NCBI GenBank assembly: GCA_965644265.1
Contig: OZ286464.1
Location: forward strand, 98,518,001-98,582,000
DNA: 64,000 nucleotides
Reading direction: 5' to 3'
From: Glycera tridactyla
Taxonomy: Eukaryota
Shown: piece by piece, positions 12,545 to 25,181 of the stretch
Layout of the letters: each line of letters begins with the position of its first letter
Numbering within the stretch: the first letter of the stretch is position 1
Notes under the pieces: generated by a model
Databases searched by the model: none
What the model saw: the letters and a program-made list of their open reading frames with translations, nothing else
What the model was told of the DNA's origin: nothing
Position numbers and translations under genes: made by a program

Positions 12545-13500
12545 GAATACCCTGGTTGATTCAGGCCAGATCTCTAATTGTTTCCCCATAGCGGCAAAAA
12601 TTCCAATCATTTCTCATTTTCCATCATTAATGAGTAACAATTGAAAATTAATCGATTGGAATATGTCTTTTGGAATCATGTATGGTGGATATGAAAATCA
12701 CAGGCAACGACGTTGCCATTTCACAGAAATTGGCAGATCTGTGAGTGAAAGCTTGTACGAGTTGCAAGCTGATTGGTGTGTATAGGAGGTAACCCAGCAT
12801 CTGGCCATGATCCGGGGCCCCATTCCTGCATACATTTAAACAAATGCTTCTCTCTTCACTTCCATCTAGATACGGCGTCCGTACGAGACTACCATCCAAA
12901 GTATTTTAGATGGTTGGAAAACGGGAGAGTAGTTCCTGCTGATTCCATAAGTTGTGGTCTCAAAGGGGAAGATGGAAAATATGAAAGAAATTGAGTGACG
13001 AGGAAAAAAAACCTCCTGTCAGGCTAAACACGTGGACTGAGTATATCTGTATGGTGTCACGATGTCCCCAGTTAAGCTCATCTACCATGTCAGTTATAAT
13101 GTATTCAAGTCTTTTCAAGGGTTGGAGTGGGCAAATGGTGGTCTCAATTAATTTATCTGGATTTGATCCTGATTTTACCAGTTGCCCGACAGAAATATTC
13201 TCCCTGTCTTGTCCAACAGAGGACAGAATTTACATTTAATGTTGCTACATTTATTGGAATGTTTGCTACATGGGTGGCGGCCTATTTCGAGGCAGATTTG
13301 GGGAACCCTTGCTTTGACCAAGAGATCCCTTAAATGTGGTGCCCTTCTGTTCCCGAAAGTTACTTTAGTTTCTGACATAAGTTTGGTGGCTTGGGCCCTC
13401 TTTAATAGATCCCAATTTTTGCGAATAAAGTTTTCGAAAGCCCACCACCTCTCATGAGTGGATTACAGAAGTGAGCCTTGCTAGATCTGGGCCTGTTATC
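12266..13500 (-). mobile_element. PLE 3' fragment (linker/Cys region, 3' UTR, hammerhead)
   Basis: KVTFGNRRAPHLRDLLVKARVPQIC..HPCSKHSNKCSNIKCKFCPLLDKTG is homologous to 35570-35750. A hammerhead lies at the 3' end. Confidence 0.8.
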
Positions 13501-15239
13501 TGTGACTGGCCCGAACCTTAGCACCTGACAGTTCACTTTTTTCGGATCCAGTGGGCAGGATGGTGATCGACATCACCATTTTCACTTCCAATCGTTGAAA
13601 CGAAGTCGAATTTGCATATGCATCAAACTGTTTTTCAGCATTCGACACCATCGGGTCTACCACCGATTTTTATCCATTTGTTGCCCACCATTTTTCGCTT
13701 CACGTATAGCTCCACCTTCTTTAACGGAAAAATATAGTCGCTTTGACTTTCCACTTAGGAGCATGATAAAGATTATTTAATCTCAATCTCTATCTCTACT
13801 ATTATTTTTTTGATTGATTGATGATTCTTCATTTTACTCCGCCGTTCATACATGAAGCACGGCCAATTGCCCTTACACAGCTGGGGAAGGCCTTGAGGGC
13901 AAGATATCTGTGTGAATAATCACCTGATCAATATGGGGAATTGCAACTTTTCAGTCATGGGAGTGACTACGTCTCACCAACCCTAGTCCTGCTGAGCTTC
14001 GTCTCTCAGAATCATACATATGCAGGTATATGCAAAGCTGTTTCGTATGGAAGGGTTTTTTTTTGGCGCAGGCAATATATGGGTGTTCTCTCTTCCAACT
14101 AAATGCATCACTTTCTCATACAACTTGATTCAATCATTTTTAGTGAAGATGGTGTTAGTCAATGAAGATGACGAGTTAGTAGGTGACGGTGGCATCCGGT
14201 GTTAGATCCGTCGCCATGACTATGTCGATGGATATCAGACCTCGAACAAAATGATGTAAGGAGTGGCTCATGAATTCCACAACAACCATTGCATCTTTCA
14301 CTGCTATAACAAATATATAGTATTGCACCTGAAATGATGAAAAGATCAAGCGAGATTGGCTAGGTGATTGTATATGTGGTGCTTTACAGTCGAGTATCCT
14401 TATTAGTCTAGTAGCCAAGAGGGTGAACCCGGAAGTGGTGAGTTCAGTAAGGTTTTATGACAGAAATGCAACATATGGGTCTCCCTGAGTCAGAAACTGC
14501 CGGATGCTAATTTGCATATGTTGAGCAATTTGTGTAATTGACCTAATTACATATTAATGAGGTCAAATTCTTTAATCATCAATAACTTCCCAAGTAAGCC
14601 ACCTAGAGACTTGATTTTGATGGCTAGACCTATGTTTCTGACCCTAAGGAATCTATTGAACATATTCCCAGCCTCAAAGTACCATTCTGACAGCCAGAAA
14701 TTGGATATGGCTATGACATATGATGACGGAAATCCTGAAATCGTCAAACAATCAATGAAACTCTGCAAACATATTCAATGGGAGCCTCATATTCATATCC
14801 AAACCCTTGTTCAGATCAATCTAAATATGTCCTAATGCATTTCAAATATTGACATGCATTCCAAATATTAGAATTGCAATAAAATGACTGTTTGTCATCC
14901 TTAATATCACAAAACAGCATAAGTTCAAATATCCCATCAATGGAACAGTCTTTGATCGAAAGCTAATCATGACACATCTTGAAATGCAGGTTTTCTCAGA
15001 GTTGCATTCAGAGTACACAATAAGCAATGAGATGATACAGACTGCCTTCTAATCACTCATCAATTCTCATCATTGATCATGAAATCACCCATCATATTAC
15101 ATGGTATAAGTAGAAAACATTATTCACAATTTTTTCTGCTATCACCCATCTTGTTCATTATCACTGGTGTGCTCATAATCAAATGTGTTCAAATCATCCA
15201 CCCATCCATCCTCTGGCTCCTAGAAGTCATCCTCTTTCA

Positions 15240-17870
15240 CAAACCCAATAGGTTGTGCATGGCAAGCCATGTCCTGCACAGCCGCCTTTCTCACTACAGG
15301 CTTTCCCTTCTGCCTGGTGACTGCAGCTGATTACATCAATGAGCATCGCTGGTGATTTGACAGAACTGGCATCACTTGACCATTTGTATAAATTTCCCGC
15401 CCATGGTCAGTGATTTTGACTTCTTGTCTGCAGCCTTCCACAACATCTTTTGGAGATGTGCTATCTGGGTATGGGGAGCCAGGTTTGAAGGTGGTGGGAG
15501 GGACTTAGAAGCTGGAGGGTTCTTTCTCTTGCAGAAAATAGAATAACTAGCATCATTCATTAGATTGCACCTTTTCTTGTTAAAAAGTCCAAGGAAAAGA
15601 TGAGATCCTGTTGGCATCAGATCTGACTTTGTTGCATCCTCCTCCCAAAGAACTGAATCTGACCCATGGAATATCAGTTTGGAGGGGCACTTTGAATGCA
15701 GTAACTTTCCTATTATGGTAGGATTCTGTGTCACAATCTGATATTGCATGCATCCCTAAAATGCCATTGAGGCTGATCACTGATCCATCCCACTTTTTTA
15801 TTTGGATGTGACGCATGATGTGTGCCTTCCAGAACCAGTAAACCATTAGTACAAGTATGTCACTGTCATCACTCAATATGCATATAGTTCTGGCTCCTGC
15901 AGATGTAGCATGCATCATGTAGCTTGCAATTGATGTGTCTGCTTCATCATGCTTGACAATACTCTCGGTTAGGCTCACAAGTTCTATATTTTGTGCCAAG
16001 GTCACAGGTACAAGAAAGTTTTGACAGTTACTGTTTGCTTTCTTTGTTCTTCATGATGACATGCTGACCAGGTCAGGGTGAATTATGAGCCAGCTTGTAT
16101 TTACCAATACCAATCACAGATAACATTGTGGTTGGGGAGACGTGACTTCATTCCATTGGCTATATCACAAACCATAGGGAAAAAATGGAAATATTGAGGT
16201 TTTAGGTCCACTTTCTGCACTTTGATAGGCTAAATCAGACCACCTGCCAAGGGGGAGCGAAGATGAAGGGTGAAACATTCCTGCATGGTAGGACCAGGGA
16301 TTGAACCCCAGACCCAATGCATGCCGGCCCAGCATGCTACAACTGAGCCACCAAGGCAGGCCAAACCATAGGAAGGCCAGACCATGTGGTAGAACAGCTG
16401 AGAGGCATCCACAAGTACAGTATCAGGATTAAGAGGATCTTTAAATATTACACATACATGTATATGCTGGACCAGGGCTGACTTTTTGCCCTTACTGAGC
16501 CAGCCATATTCATCAATGAGTGAGCAAGGAACCGGTGCCAGCTCATGTTGGAAGATGACAGGAAGCTCAATGCTTCGTTTTTGCCCAACAACTATTAGAT
16601 GAGCAAACAGAGATTCCAAATCATTGACAATTTTATCTTTCACCATAACAGTTTGCTTTGAAATCTGCATGGTTTTAACTTGCTTCTTGAATGGTTTGTG
16701 TAAACCGCCAGGGACAGAGGCAGCAAAGTCCTTCTGCATCTCTCACCCAATCACAATTGCATTGTGTACATCGATTTAATTTGTTGATGCTACATGTCCA
16801 TTGATGATATTATACAAAGAGGGAGATTGATCATAGAGTGGATGAAGACTATACATTCCATGAACTGCCATTGAAATGTTAGGGTAGATGGGAAATGACT
16901 TTGTCCAAATAGCTACTTGCCTTGTCTGATGTATGTCTGCTACCCAAGCTGGTCACTGGATATGGCTACAGCACCATCAGAGTGGTGACAAACATGTTTT
17001 CCTTCAAAAAAATCCTTTTTGGCAGCTTGTGGTAAATGCTGCTGCACGACATATGACATTATCTCCAAACAATGCTATCCAATCACCTCATTGCTTAGCC
17101 TTCAGGTGGGTGTAATGAAACAGTCTATCCTCACTAGGCCTTCACAAGATAGGCAACAAGATCCTGTTGACATTTTCCCAGTCATCGGTAATCATGCAGA
17201 ATGCAGCATCAGTCATATGGAATGCTGGCTTTGCTTTTGGCCATGCTTTTCCATTCAAGATGCAATTGATACCATCGTAAGCAACACTCACAAGTTCCTC
17301 AACACCAGTAGCTTCCCTATAGCACAAATGTAAGACATCTTCCCATTGTACAGGATCAGTCCACTCATGAGACATGCAACAAAGTAGAGCTGCATATCAA
17401 GGGTGAGATGCATATGCAACATACCAAGGTTCTCAAGCATTCTTTTTAGGTAGGATTCTGTAATCATGACAGTGTCAGGGTGAGATGGAGGAGGGTCAAG
17501 GAGTGGTTGAAAGATGTACCATGTTTCTGTTTTCATCACACCGACCTGTGCTCAGTCATTGATAGCATTCCACCCAGATCATTCAACTGTTTCTTCAGAG
17601 TGAAGCTGGGCAAAAACATTTGTATCCTTTTTTGGGGCATCACTGATGCTAATTGTGAGTTATTGTTGATCAGTTCGAGACCGAGCAACTTGAGGTAAAG
17701 CTGAAGGATTCATCCTCTTAGGGCCAGTGTAATGCTCAATTTGGTGTGATCTTTGAAAGAAATGAAATTGAGCTGCTCCTGTCTTCTTCAGGCACAGATT
17801 TTGCTTTGCCAAGAATTACTATGCTTGCAGGATGCCAGTTATGTTGATGGATTCTGTTGTACTTGAGAGA
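15240..17870 (-). pseudogene. Academ transposase-XPG-Cys-rich ORF, fragmented and 5'-truncated
   Basis: FQPLLDPPPSHPDTV..LTLDMQLY; GVEELVSVAYDGINCILNGKAWPKA; HELAPVPCSLIDEYGWLSKGKKS; KHDEADTSIA..ILSDDSDILVL..MHAISDCDT (XPG/PIN-like); LPPPSNLAPHTQIAHLQKMLWK; DVISCSHQAEGKAC..CTTYWVC. Confidence 0.8.
16179..16361 (-). mobile_element. tRNA-derived SINE inserted in the Academ ORF
   Basis: Minus-strand head GGTGGCTCAGTTGT (A box) ... GGGTTCAATCCC (B box). An 11-bp TSD CAAACCATAGG lies at 16168-16178 and 16362-16372. Confidence 0.82.
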
Positions 17871-19335
17871 CTCATGGATGTAATCAGCTGCAGTCACCAG
17901 GCAGAGGGGAAAGCCTGTAGTGAGAAATGTGGCTGTGCAGGGCACGGCTTGCCTTGCACAACCTATTGGGTTTGTGTATGAGAGGATGGGTGTAGTAACC
18001 CTTCATCAGAATAGGATGCCTTCTAGGAGCCAGAGGATGGGTGGGCAGATGATGAGCAGATGATGGGCACACCAGTGATAATGAACAAGAAGGGTGGTAG
18101 CAGAGAAAATCGTGAACAATATTCTATACTTTAACTATATGTTGCTTCTGATCAATGGTGAGTATAGATGAGTATAGATGAGTGATTTGAAGGCAATCTC
18201 TATCATCTCATTGCTTATTCTGTTTCCTGAATGCAACTCTGAGAAAACCTGCATTTCAAGATGTGTCATGATTAGCTTTCGATCAAAGACTGTTCCTCTA
18301 ATGGGTTATTTGAACGTTTGCGGTTTTGTGATAATAAGGATAACAAACAGCCATTTTGTCGAAATTCTAATATTTAGAATGCATGTCAGTATCTGAAATG
18401 CATTAGGACATATTTAGATTGATCTGAACAAAGTTTTGGATATAAACATTAGGCTCCCATTGAATATGTTTGCAGAGTTTCATTGATTTTTCGACGATTT
18501 CAAGATTTCCGTCATTGTATGTCATAGCCATATTCAATTTCTTGCTGTCAGAATGGTACTATGAGGCTGGGATTATGTTCAATAGACTCCTTGGGGTCAT
18601 AAACATGGGTATAGCCATCAAAATCAAGTCTCTAGGTGGCTCACTTGGGACGTTATTGAAGATTGAAGAATTTGACCTAATTAATATGTAATTAGGTCAA
18701 TTACACAAATTGCTCAACATATGCAAATTAGCATCCGGCAGTTTCTGACTCAGGGAGACCCATATATTGCATTTCTGTCATAAAACCTTACTGAACTCAC
18801 CACTTCCGGGTTCACTATAGAACGTATAGGGCTGGCTACTAGACTATATTGAGGCCAATCCTTTGAGATCACGATACTTTGCCGCCATTGAAAACCTCCA
18901 ACAATTATCAACTATCCAATAATCTATGGAACCTCTCTTGGCAATCCTCCTTGGCATTATCAAGTGATTTCCTTGGCTGGTCGGGGGTCCATTTCCACGG
19001 CTATGCGCGCTGTTTTCTTTTGCTGAATGGGATGATTTCCTTTGTCTGTATGGTGTGTTTTCGTCGACTGTATGTGATGTTTTTCTTTGGCTGCATGTGT
19101 TTTCCTTGGTTGTATGGGGTACGTTCAGACCATATTTTCAGATGTATACCAGAGATCCCTCACTCGAAGGTAAGGACCAGGTTCCCCTAAGATATTCCAT
19201 CAAGATTAAATCATGGAGTATTGAATTTTGTATACAATAGTGCGATTCGCCCAGACTGGGCTTTATCCAGCACACATGAGGATAAAGGCAATGGGAATTG
19301 TGAGTGTGTACTCGAATCCTGGCTGGACAAGGAGG

Positions 19336-19386
19336 GGCGTGCTCTAGGCGTGCTCTAGGCGTGCTCTAGGCGTGCTCTAGGCGTGC
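19336..19386. repeat. 11-bp tandem repeat (GGCGTGCTCTA) x ~4.6
   Basis: Direct reading. Confidence 0.95.
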
Positions 19387-20079
19387 CATCGTAATCGTCT
19401 CCGTCATCATCGACATCTTCGTCATCATCAAGATTCACGAGTGTATCGATGCACCACCATACTTCCTCCTGTATCCAATAGCGATACACCAACAATTATT
19501 GGCCACGACTCACACACAATTCACTAGTGAGTTTATATCAGGCTAATTAGACTATGATCAGTGAAAGGTGGTGAGACTAACTGTAGTTGCCCTGCCTCAG
19601 CAACTGATGTGATGTATGTGATAGGATATAGTTGGCTGCCGAGGGTTCCATATGCACTGGCCTTTCATTCTTCAAGTCCTCATTGCCACCTGTGCTGCGT
19701 GCATGAATGTGTACGATCGGTGATTTGGTTGCCTTTACAGGCTTGATCAATTCCATCTAATCAATATATCTTTCTGGAAATTTGCAGATCAAGGCCGGCT
19801 TGGTACTGCTGTGAAAATGTGCAAGTTGAGATATGATAGGGATGCTAGCTGTCTGGAGAATATGCTGAGGCTGTACGATCCAGCCTGACCTCAATGCAGG
19901 GCTGATTATGCAGACTAATGAGGTCAGCAACTGCCCAGATGGATCTGATACACCCTAACTGCTGTGTGATGAATGAATGGAGGAGTATCGCCATACTCTA
20001 CTGTATCTGCTAACAGCCTCATTGTCGGAGAATGGCCGCACGTGATTACGCCGTAATCTCACTAATTATAAACACAGAT

Positions 20080-20810
20080 TCACGCACCCCACACGCCACT
20101 CACACCATGCACACACACGCACAAACGCGCACACGTACACGCGTACACACACGCCACTCACACCACGCACACACGTACACACGCACACGCGTATAAAGAC
20201 GCACACATGCACACACTCACGCCACGCACACACGTACACACGTACACACATGCCACTCACACCACGCACACACACGCACATGCGCACACGCATACACACA
20301 CTCACACCATGCACACACATGCATACACACACACACGTACACACACGCACACACTCACACCACGCACACACGTACATGTGTACACACACACCACTCACAC
20401 CACGCACANNNNNNNNNNNNNNNNNNNNNNNNNNNNNNNNNNNNNNNNNNNNNNNNNNNNNNNNNNNNNNNNNNNNNNNNNNNNNNNNNNNNNNNNNNNN
20501 NNNNNNNNNNNNNNNNNNNNNNNNNNNNNNNNNNNNNNNNNNNNNNNNCGCACACACGTTCACACGAACANNNNNNNNNNNNNNNNNNNNNNNNNNNNNN
20601 NNNNNNNNNNNNNNNNNNNNNNNNNNNNNNNNNNNNNNNNNNNNNNNNNNNNNNNNNNNNNNNNNNNNNNNNNNNNNNNNNNNNNNNNNNNNNNNNNNNN
20701 NNNNCCCCCAAACACACACACGCACGCGTGCACCCACATACACACATGCACACCCAAACCCGCACACACACGCACACACATACACAGAGACACACAAACA
20801 CACACACAAC
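20080..20810. repeat. Degenerate (CA/CG)n tract interrupted by two N-gaps
   Basis: Direct reading. Confidence 0.9.
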
Positions 20811-20899
20811 CCCGTCCAACCAGTCTGACCGTGACTAGTAGAGGGAGCGGGGTTGTATGTGGTTCTACGTGGTGTGCAGATGTATGCGTCACGCAGGAC

Positions 20900-21535
20900 G
20901 AGGCTAATGTGATGTGATCATGGATGACTGTGACTGGTAGAGGGAGGGGGTTGTATGTGTCCTCATTCTACGTGGTGAGCAGATGTATACGTCACACATG
21001 ACGAGGATAATGTAATGTGATCATGGATGACTGTGACTAGTAGAGGGAGGGGGTTGTATGTGTCCTCATTCTACGTGGTGAGCAGATGTATGCATCACAC
21101 ATGACGAGGATAATTTAATGTGATCATGGATGACTGTGACTAGTAGAGGGTGGGGGGTGTATGTGTCCTCATTCTACGTGGTGAGCAGATGTATGCATCA
21201 CACATGATGAGGATGATTTGATGTGATCATGGATGACTGTGACTAGTAGAGGGAGGGGGTTGTATGTGTCCCCATTCTACGTGGTGAGCAGATGTATGCA
21301 TCACACATGATGAGGATAATTTAATGTGATCATGGATGACTGTGACTAGTAGAGTGAGGGGGTTGTATGTGTCCTCATTCTACGTGGTGAGCAGATGTAC
21401 GCATCACACATGATGAGGATAATTTGATGTGATCATGGATATCTGTGACTAGTAGAGGGTGGGGGGTTGTATGTGGTTCTACGTGGTGAGCAGATGTATG
21501 TGTCACGCATGACAAGGATAATGTGATGTGATCTT
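20900..21535. repeat. 103-bp minisatellite, ~6 copies (first duplicate)
   Basis: ATGTGATCATGGATGACTGTGACTAGTAGAGGG... recurs at 21015 and 21118 and onward. Confidence 0.93.
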
Positions 21536-21639
21536 GGAGACACTCTACTAGAGAAGCAACGGATTAGCTCCATCGATGATGTGATAACAAAAACGATCAG
21601 ATGACTCGAATTTTTTTTCAGCCATAACATTCTACCCTA

Positions 21640-21900
21640 TATAGTGACAGAGAATTTGGACTTGTTGAAGCGCTCTGCGGCCACAAAGATTCTCGAAGAA
21701 TCGATAATCATCATCGGCCACAGAAGACCTCCATATCTCAAGGACATTCTAGTGAGGGCAAGAATCCCCAGGTCGAAAAGAGCGCCAGTCTGAAACCAAG
21801 CAGCAAATACAGGAATTGCTGCATGAATATTTGCTCTCTCTTCAACAAATCTGTCACTTGAAATCATGCATCAAATCCCATTCATCTGGGCGAATTTCAT
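21640..21900 (+). mobile_element. Short PLE linker-region fragment (first duplicate)
   Basis: Plus-frame NLDLLKRSAATKILEESIIIIGHRRPPYLKDILVRARIP matches WDLLKRATATKLLAETRVIFGHR at 35570-35640. Confidence 0.7.
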
Positions 21901-22189
21901 TGTCCTGATTCTTAGTCTCGGGAGTGCTGTCCCTCATCAGGCACTCTCTCAGCAAAGTGCATTCTCAGTGATCCTTTCTGCTGGGGACAGGTGACCCTCA
22001 GGGGTCAATGGGACAACACATTATCCTAGGTGGGCCTGGGCCCCTCCAGAAAGGTGGACATGGCTATGCCAGAAGTCATGTGTGAGCCCCATGTGCCAAT
22101 TCTCAATTTATAATTCTAAATTTTGATTCATTGGATCTTTGAATCCCCATGTTATGGAGGGTATTGCTGGCCTTTGGGGCCCCGATATG

Positions 22190-22644
22190 ATATAAGACAT
22201 GGGCAAAGCCCTATGGTCATGACTTACTGCGTTATAAGACATGGGCAAAGCCCCATGGTCAAGACTTACTGCGTTATGAGACATGGGCAAAGCCCTATGG
22301 TCATGACTTACTGCATTATGAGACATGGGCACAGCCCTATGGTCATGACTTACTGCGTTATAAGACATGGGCACAGCCCCATGGTCATGACTTACTGCGT
22401 CAAAAGACATGGGCACAGCCCTATGGTCATGACTTACTGCATTATAAGACATGGGCACAGCCCCATGGTCATGACTGACTGCGTTATAAGACATAGGTAC
22501 AGCCCTATGGTCATGACTTACTGCATTATAAGACATGGGAACAGCCCCATGGTCATGACTTACTGTGTTATAAGACATGGGCACAGCCCCATGGTCATGA
22601 CTTACTGCGTTATAAGACATTGGCACAGCCCTATGGTCATGACT
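22190..22644. repeat. 42-bp minisatellite (TGCGTTATAAGACATGGGCACAGCCCTATGGTCATGACTTAC), first duplicate
   Basis: Direct reading; gives a 14-aa repeat YCVIRHGHSPMVMT. Confidence 0.95.
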
Positions 22645-23060
22645 ACTTCCAGGACCTACCTGTCTCTCCCTCAAATTCTGCATCCCCGATGCTCAACTAC
22701 CTACGTCGGAACTTCCCAACATATGGAAGATTTATTTAGAGGCATGCACCCTTCCGCCGCCGCGACACGGCCATCTACCGCAATTATGACGAACCAGGCG
22801 GACTGCGCGCATGCGCGCTTCGTATTTTCACAACAATCAGCGGGGACGGATGGGAGGGTACATGCTTTGAGGGAGACACAGGTAGGTATTAACATCCGGG
22901 TTAAATGAATAAACCCGGGATTAGTTAAATACCGTACATGTCTCTCCCTCAAATTCTGCATCCGCATATATCACGGATGGAGGGATAATAAAATCTTTCC
23001 AGAATTACTCTGGAGGAGTAACCAAGGACTGACCCACCACAAGAGGACCCAGTGAGTACA
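22642..23060 (-). mobile_element. Duplicated 3' terminus of the DIRS element (ITR, ICR and end of the 3' UTR)
   Basis: Near-identical to 24819-25237. It ends at GAGTACA, where it joins the CA tract. Confidence 0.9.
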
Positions 23061-23179
23061 CACATACACAGAGACACACAAACACACACACAACCCCGTC
23101 CAACCAGTCTGACCGTGACTAGTAGAGGGAGCGGGGTTGTATGTGGTTCTACGTGGTGTGCAGATGTATGCATCACGCA

Positions 23180-23815
23180 GGACGAGGCTAATGTGATGTG
23201 ATCATGGATGACTGTGACTGGTAGAGGGAGGGGGTTGTATGTGTCCTCATTCTACGTGGTGAGCAGATGTATACGTCACACATGACGAGGATAATGTAAT
23301 GTGATCATGGATGACTGTGACTAGTAGAGGGAGGGGGTTGTATGTGTCCTCATTCTACGTGGTGAGCAGATGTATGCATCACACATGATGAGGATAATTT
23401 GATGTGATCATGGATGACTGTGACTAGTAGAGGGAGGGGGTTGTATGTGTCCTCATTCTACGTGGTGAGCAGATATATGCGTCACACATGACGAGGATAA
23501 TGTAATGTGATCATGGATGACTGTGACTAGTAGAGTGAGGGGGTTGTATTTGTCCTCATTCTACTTGGTGAACAGATGTACGCATCACACATGATGAGGA
23601 TAATGTGATGTGATCATGGATGACTGTGACTAGTACAGTGAGGGGGTTGTATGTGTCCTCATTCTACGTGGTGAGCAGATGTACGCATCACACATGATGA
23701 GGATAATTTGATGTGATCATGGATATCTGTGACTAGTAGAGGGTGGGGGGTTGTATGTGGTTCTACGTGGTGAGCAGATGTATGCGTCACGCATGACAAG
23801 GATAATGTGATGTGA
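23180..23815. repeat. 103-bp minisatellite, second duplicate
   Basis: Same unit as 20900-21535. Confidence 0.93.
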
Positions 23816-23939
23816 TCTTGGAGACACTCTACTAGAGAAGCAACGGATTAGCTCCATCGATGATGTGATAACAAAAACGATCAGATGACTCGAATTTTTT
23901 TTCAGCCATAACATTCTACCCAGGCAAAAATGACCTAAA

Positions 23940-24190
23940 GGATATAGTGACAGAGAATTTGGACTTGTTGAAGCGCTCTGCGGCCACAAAGATTCTCGAA
24001 GAATCGATAATCATCATCGGCCACAGAAGACCTCCATATCTCAAGGACATTCTAGTGAGGGCAAGAATCCCCAGGTCGAAAAGAGCACCAGTCTGAAACC
24101 AAGCAGCAAATACAGGAATCGCTGCATGAATCTTTGCTCTCTCTTCAACAAATCTGTCACTTGAAATCATGCATCAAATCCCATTCATCT
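23940..24190 (+). mobile_element. Short PLE linker-region fragment (second duplicate)
   Basis: Copy of 21640-21900. Confidence 0.7.
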
Positions 24191-24494
24191 GGGCGGATTT
24201 CATTGTCCTGATTCTTAGTCTCGGGAGTGCTGTCCCTCATCAGGCACTCTCTCAGCAAAGTGCATTCTCAGTGATCCTTTCTGCTGGGGACAGGTGACCC
24301 TCAGGGGTCAATGGGACAACACATTATCCTAGGTGGGCCTGGGCCCCTCCAGAAAGGTGGACATGGCTATGCCAGAAGTCATGTGTGAGCCCCATGTGCC
24401 AATTCTCAATTTATAATTCTAAATTTTGATTCATTGGATCTTTGAATCCCCATGTTATGGAGGGTATTGCTGGCCTTTGGGGCCCCGATATGAT

Positions 24495-24821
24495 ATAAGA
24501 CATGGGCAAAGCCCTATGGTCATGACTTACTGCGTTATAAGACATGGTCAAAGCCCCATGGTCAAGACTTACTGCATTATGAGACATGGGCACAGCCCTA
24601 TGGTCATGACTTACTGCGTTATAAGACATGGGCACAGCCCCATGGTCATGACTTACTGCGTCAAAAGACATGGGCACAGCCCTATGGTCATGACTTACTG
24701 CATTATAAGACATGGGCACAGCCCCATGGTCATGACTGACTGCGTTAAAAGACATAGGTACAGCCCTATGGTCATGACTTACTGCGTTATAAGACATGGG
24801 CACAGCCCTATGGTCATGACT
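24495..24821. repeat. 42-bp minisatellite, left flank of the DIRS insertion
   Basis: Same unit as 22190-22644 and 32207-32840. Confidence 0.95.
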
Positions 24822-25181
24822 AATTCCGGGACCTACCTGTCTCTCCCTCAAATTCTGCATCCCCAATGCTCAACTACCTACGTCAGAACTTCCCAACATA
24901 TGGAAGATTTATTTAGAGGCATGCACCCTTCCGCCGCCGCGACACGGCCATCTACCGCAATTATGACGAACCAGGCGGACTGCGCGCATGCGCGCTTCGT
25001 ATTTTCACAACAATCAGCGGGGACGGATGGGAGGGTACATGCTTTGAGGGAGAGACAGGTAGGTATTAACATCCGGGTTAAATGAATAAACCCGGAATTA
25101 GTTAAATACCGTACCTGTCTCTCCCTCAAATTCTGCATCCGCATATATCATGGATGGAGGGATAATTAAATCTTTCCAGAA

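Larger units (their letters stand above)
14404..18846 (-). mobile_element. Academ-superfamily (XPG-type) DNA transposon, defective
   Basis: Termini TAGTCTAGTAGCCA...TGGCTACTAGACTA, 3-bp TSD TAT (14401-14403 and 18847-18849), inverted arms 14404-15343 and 17871-18846, and internal Academ-like coding remnants. Confidence 0.85.

Noticed and set aside
16280-16355. tRNA gene
   Set aside because: It has A/B boxes but continues into a body and tail flanked by an 11-bp TSD, so it is a SINE head.
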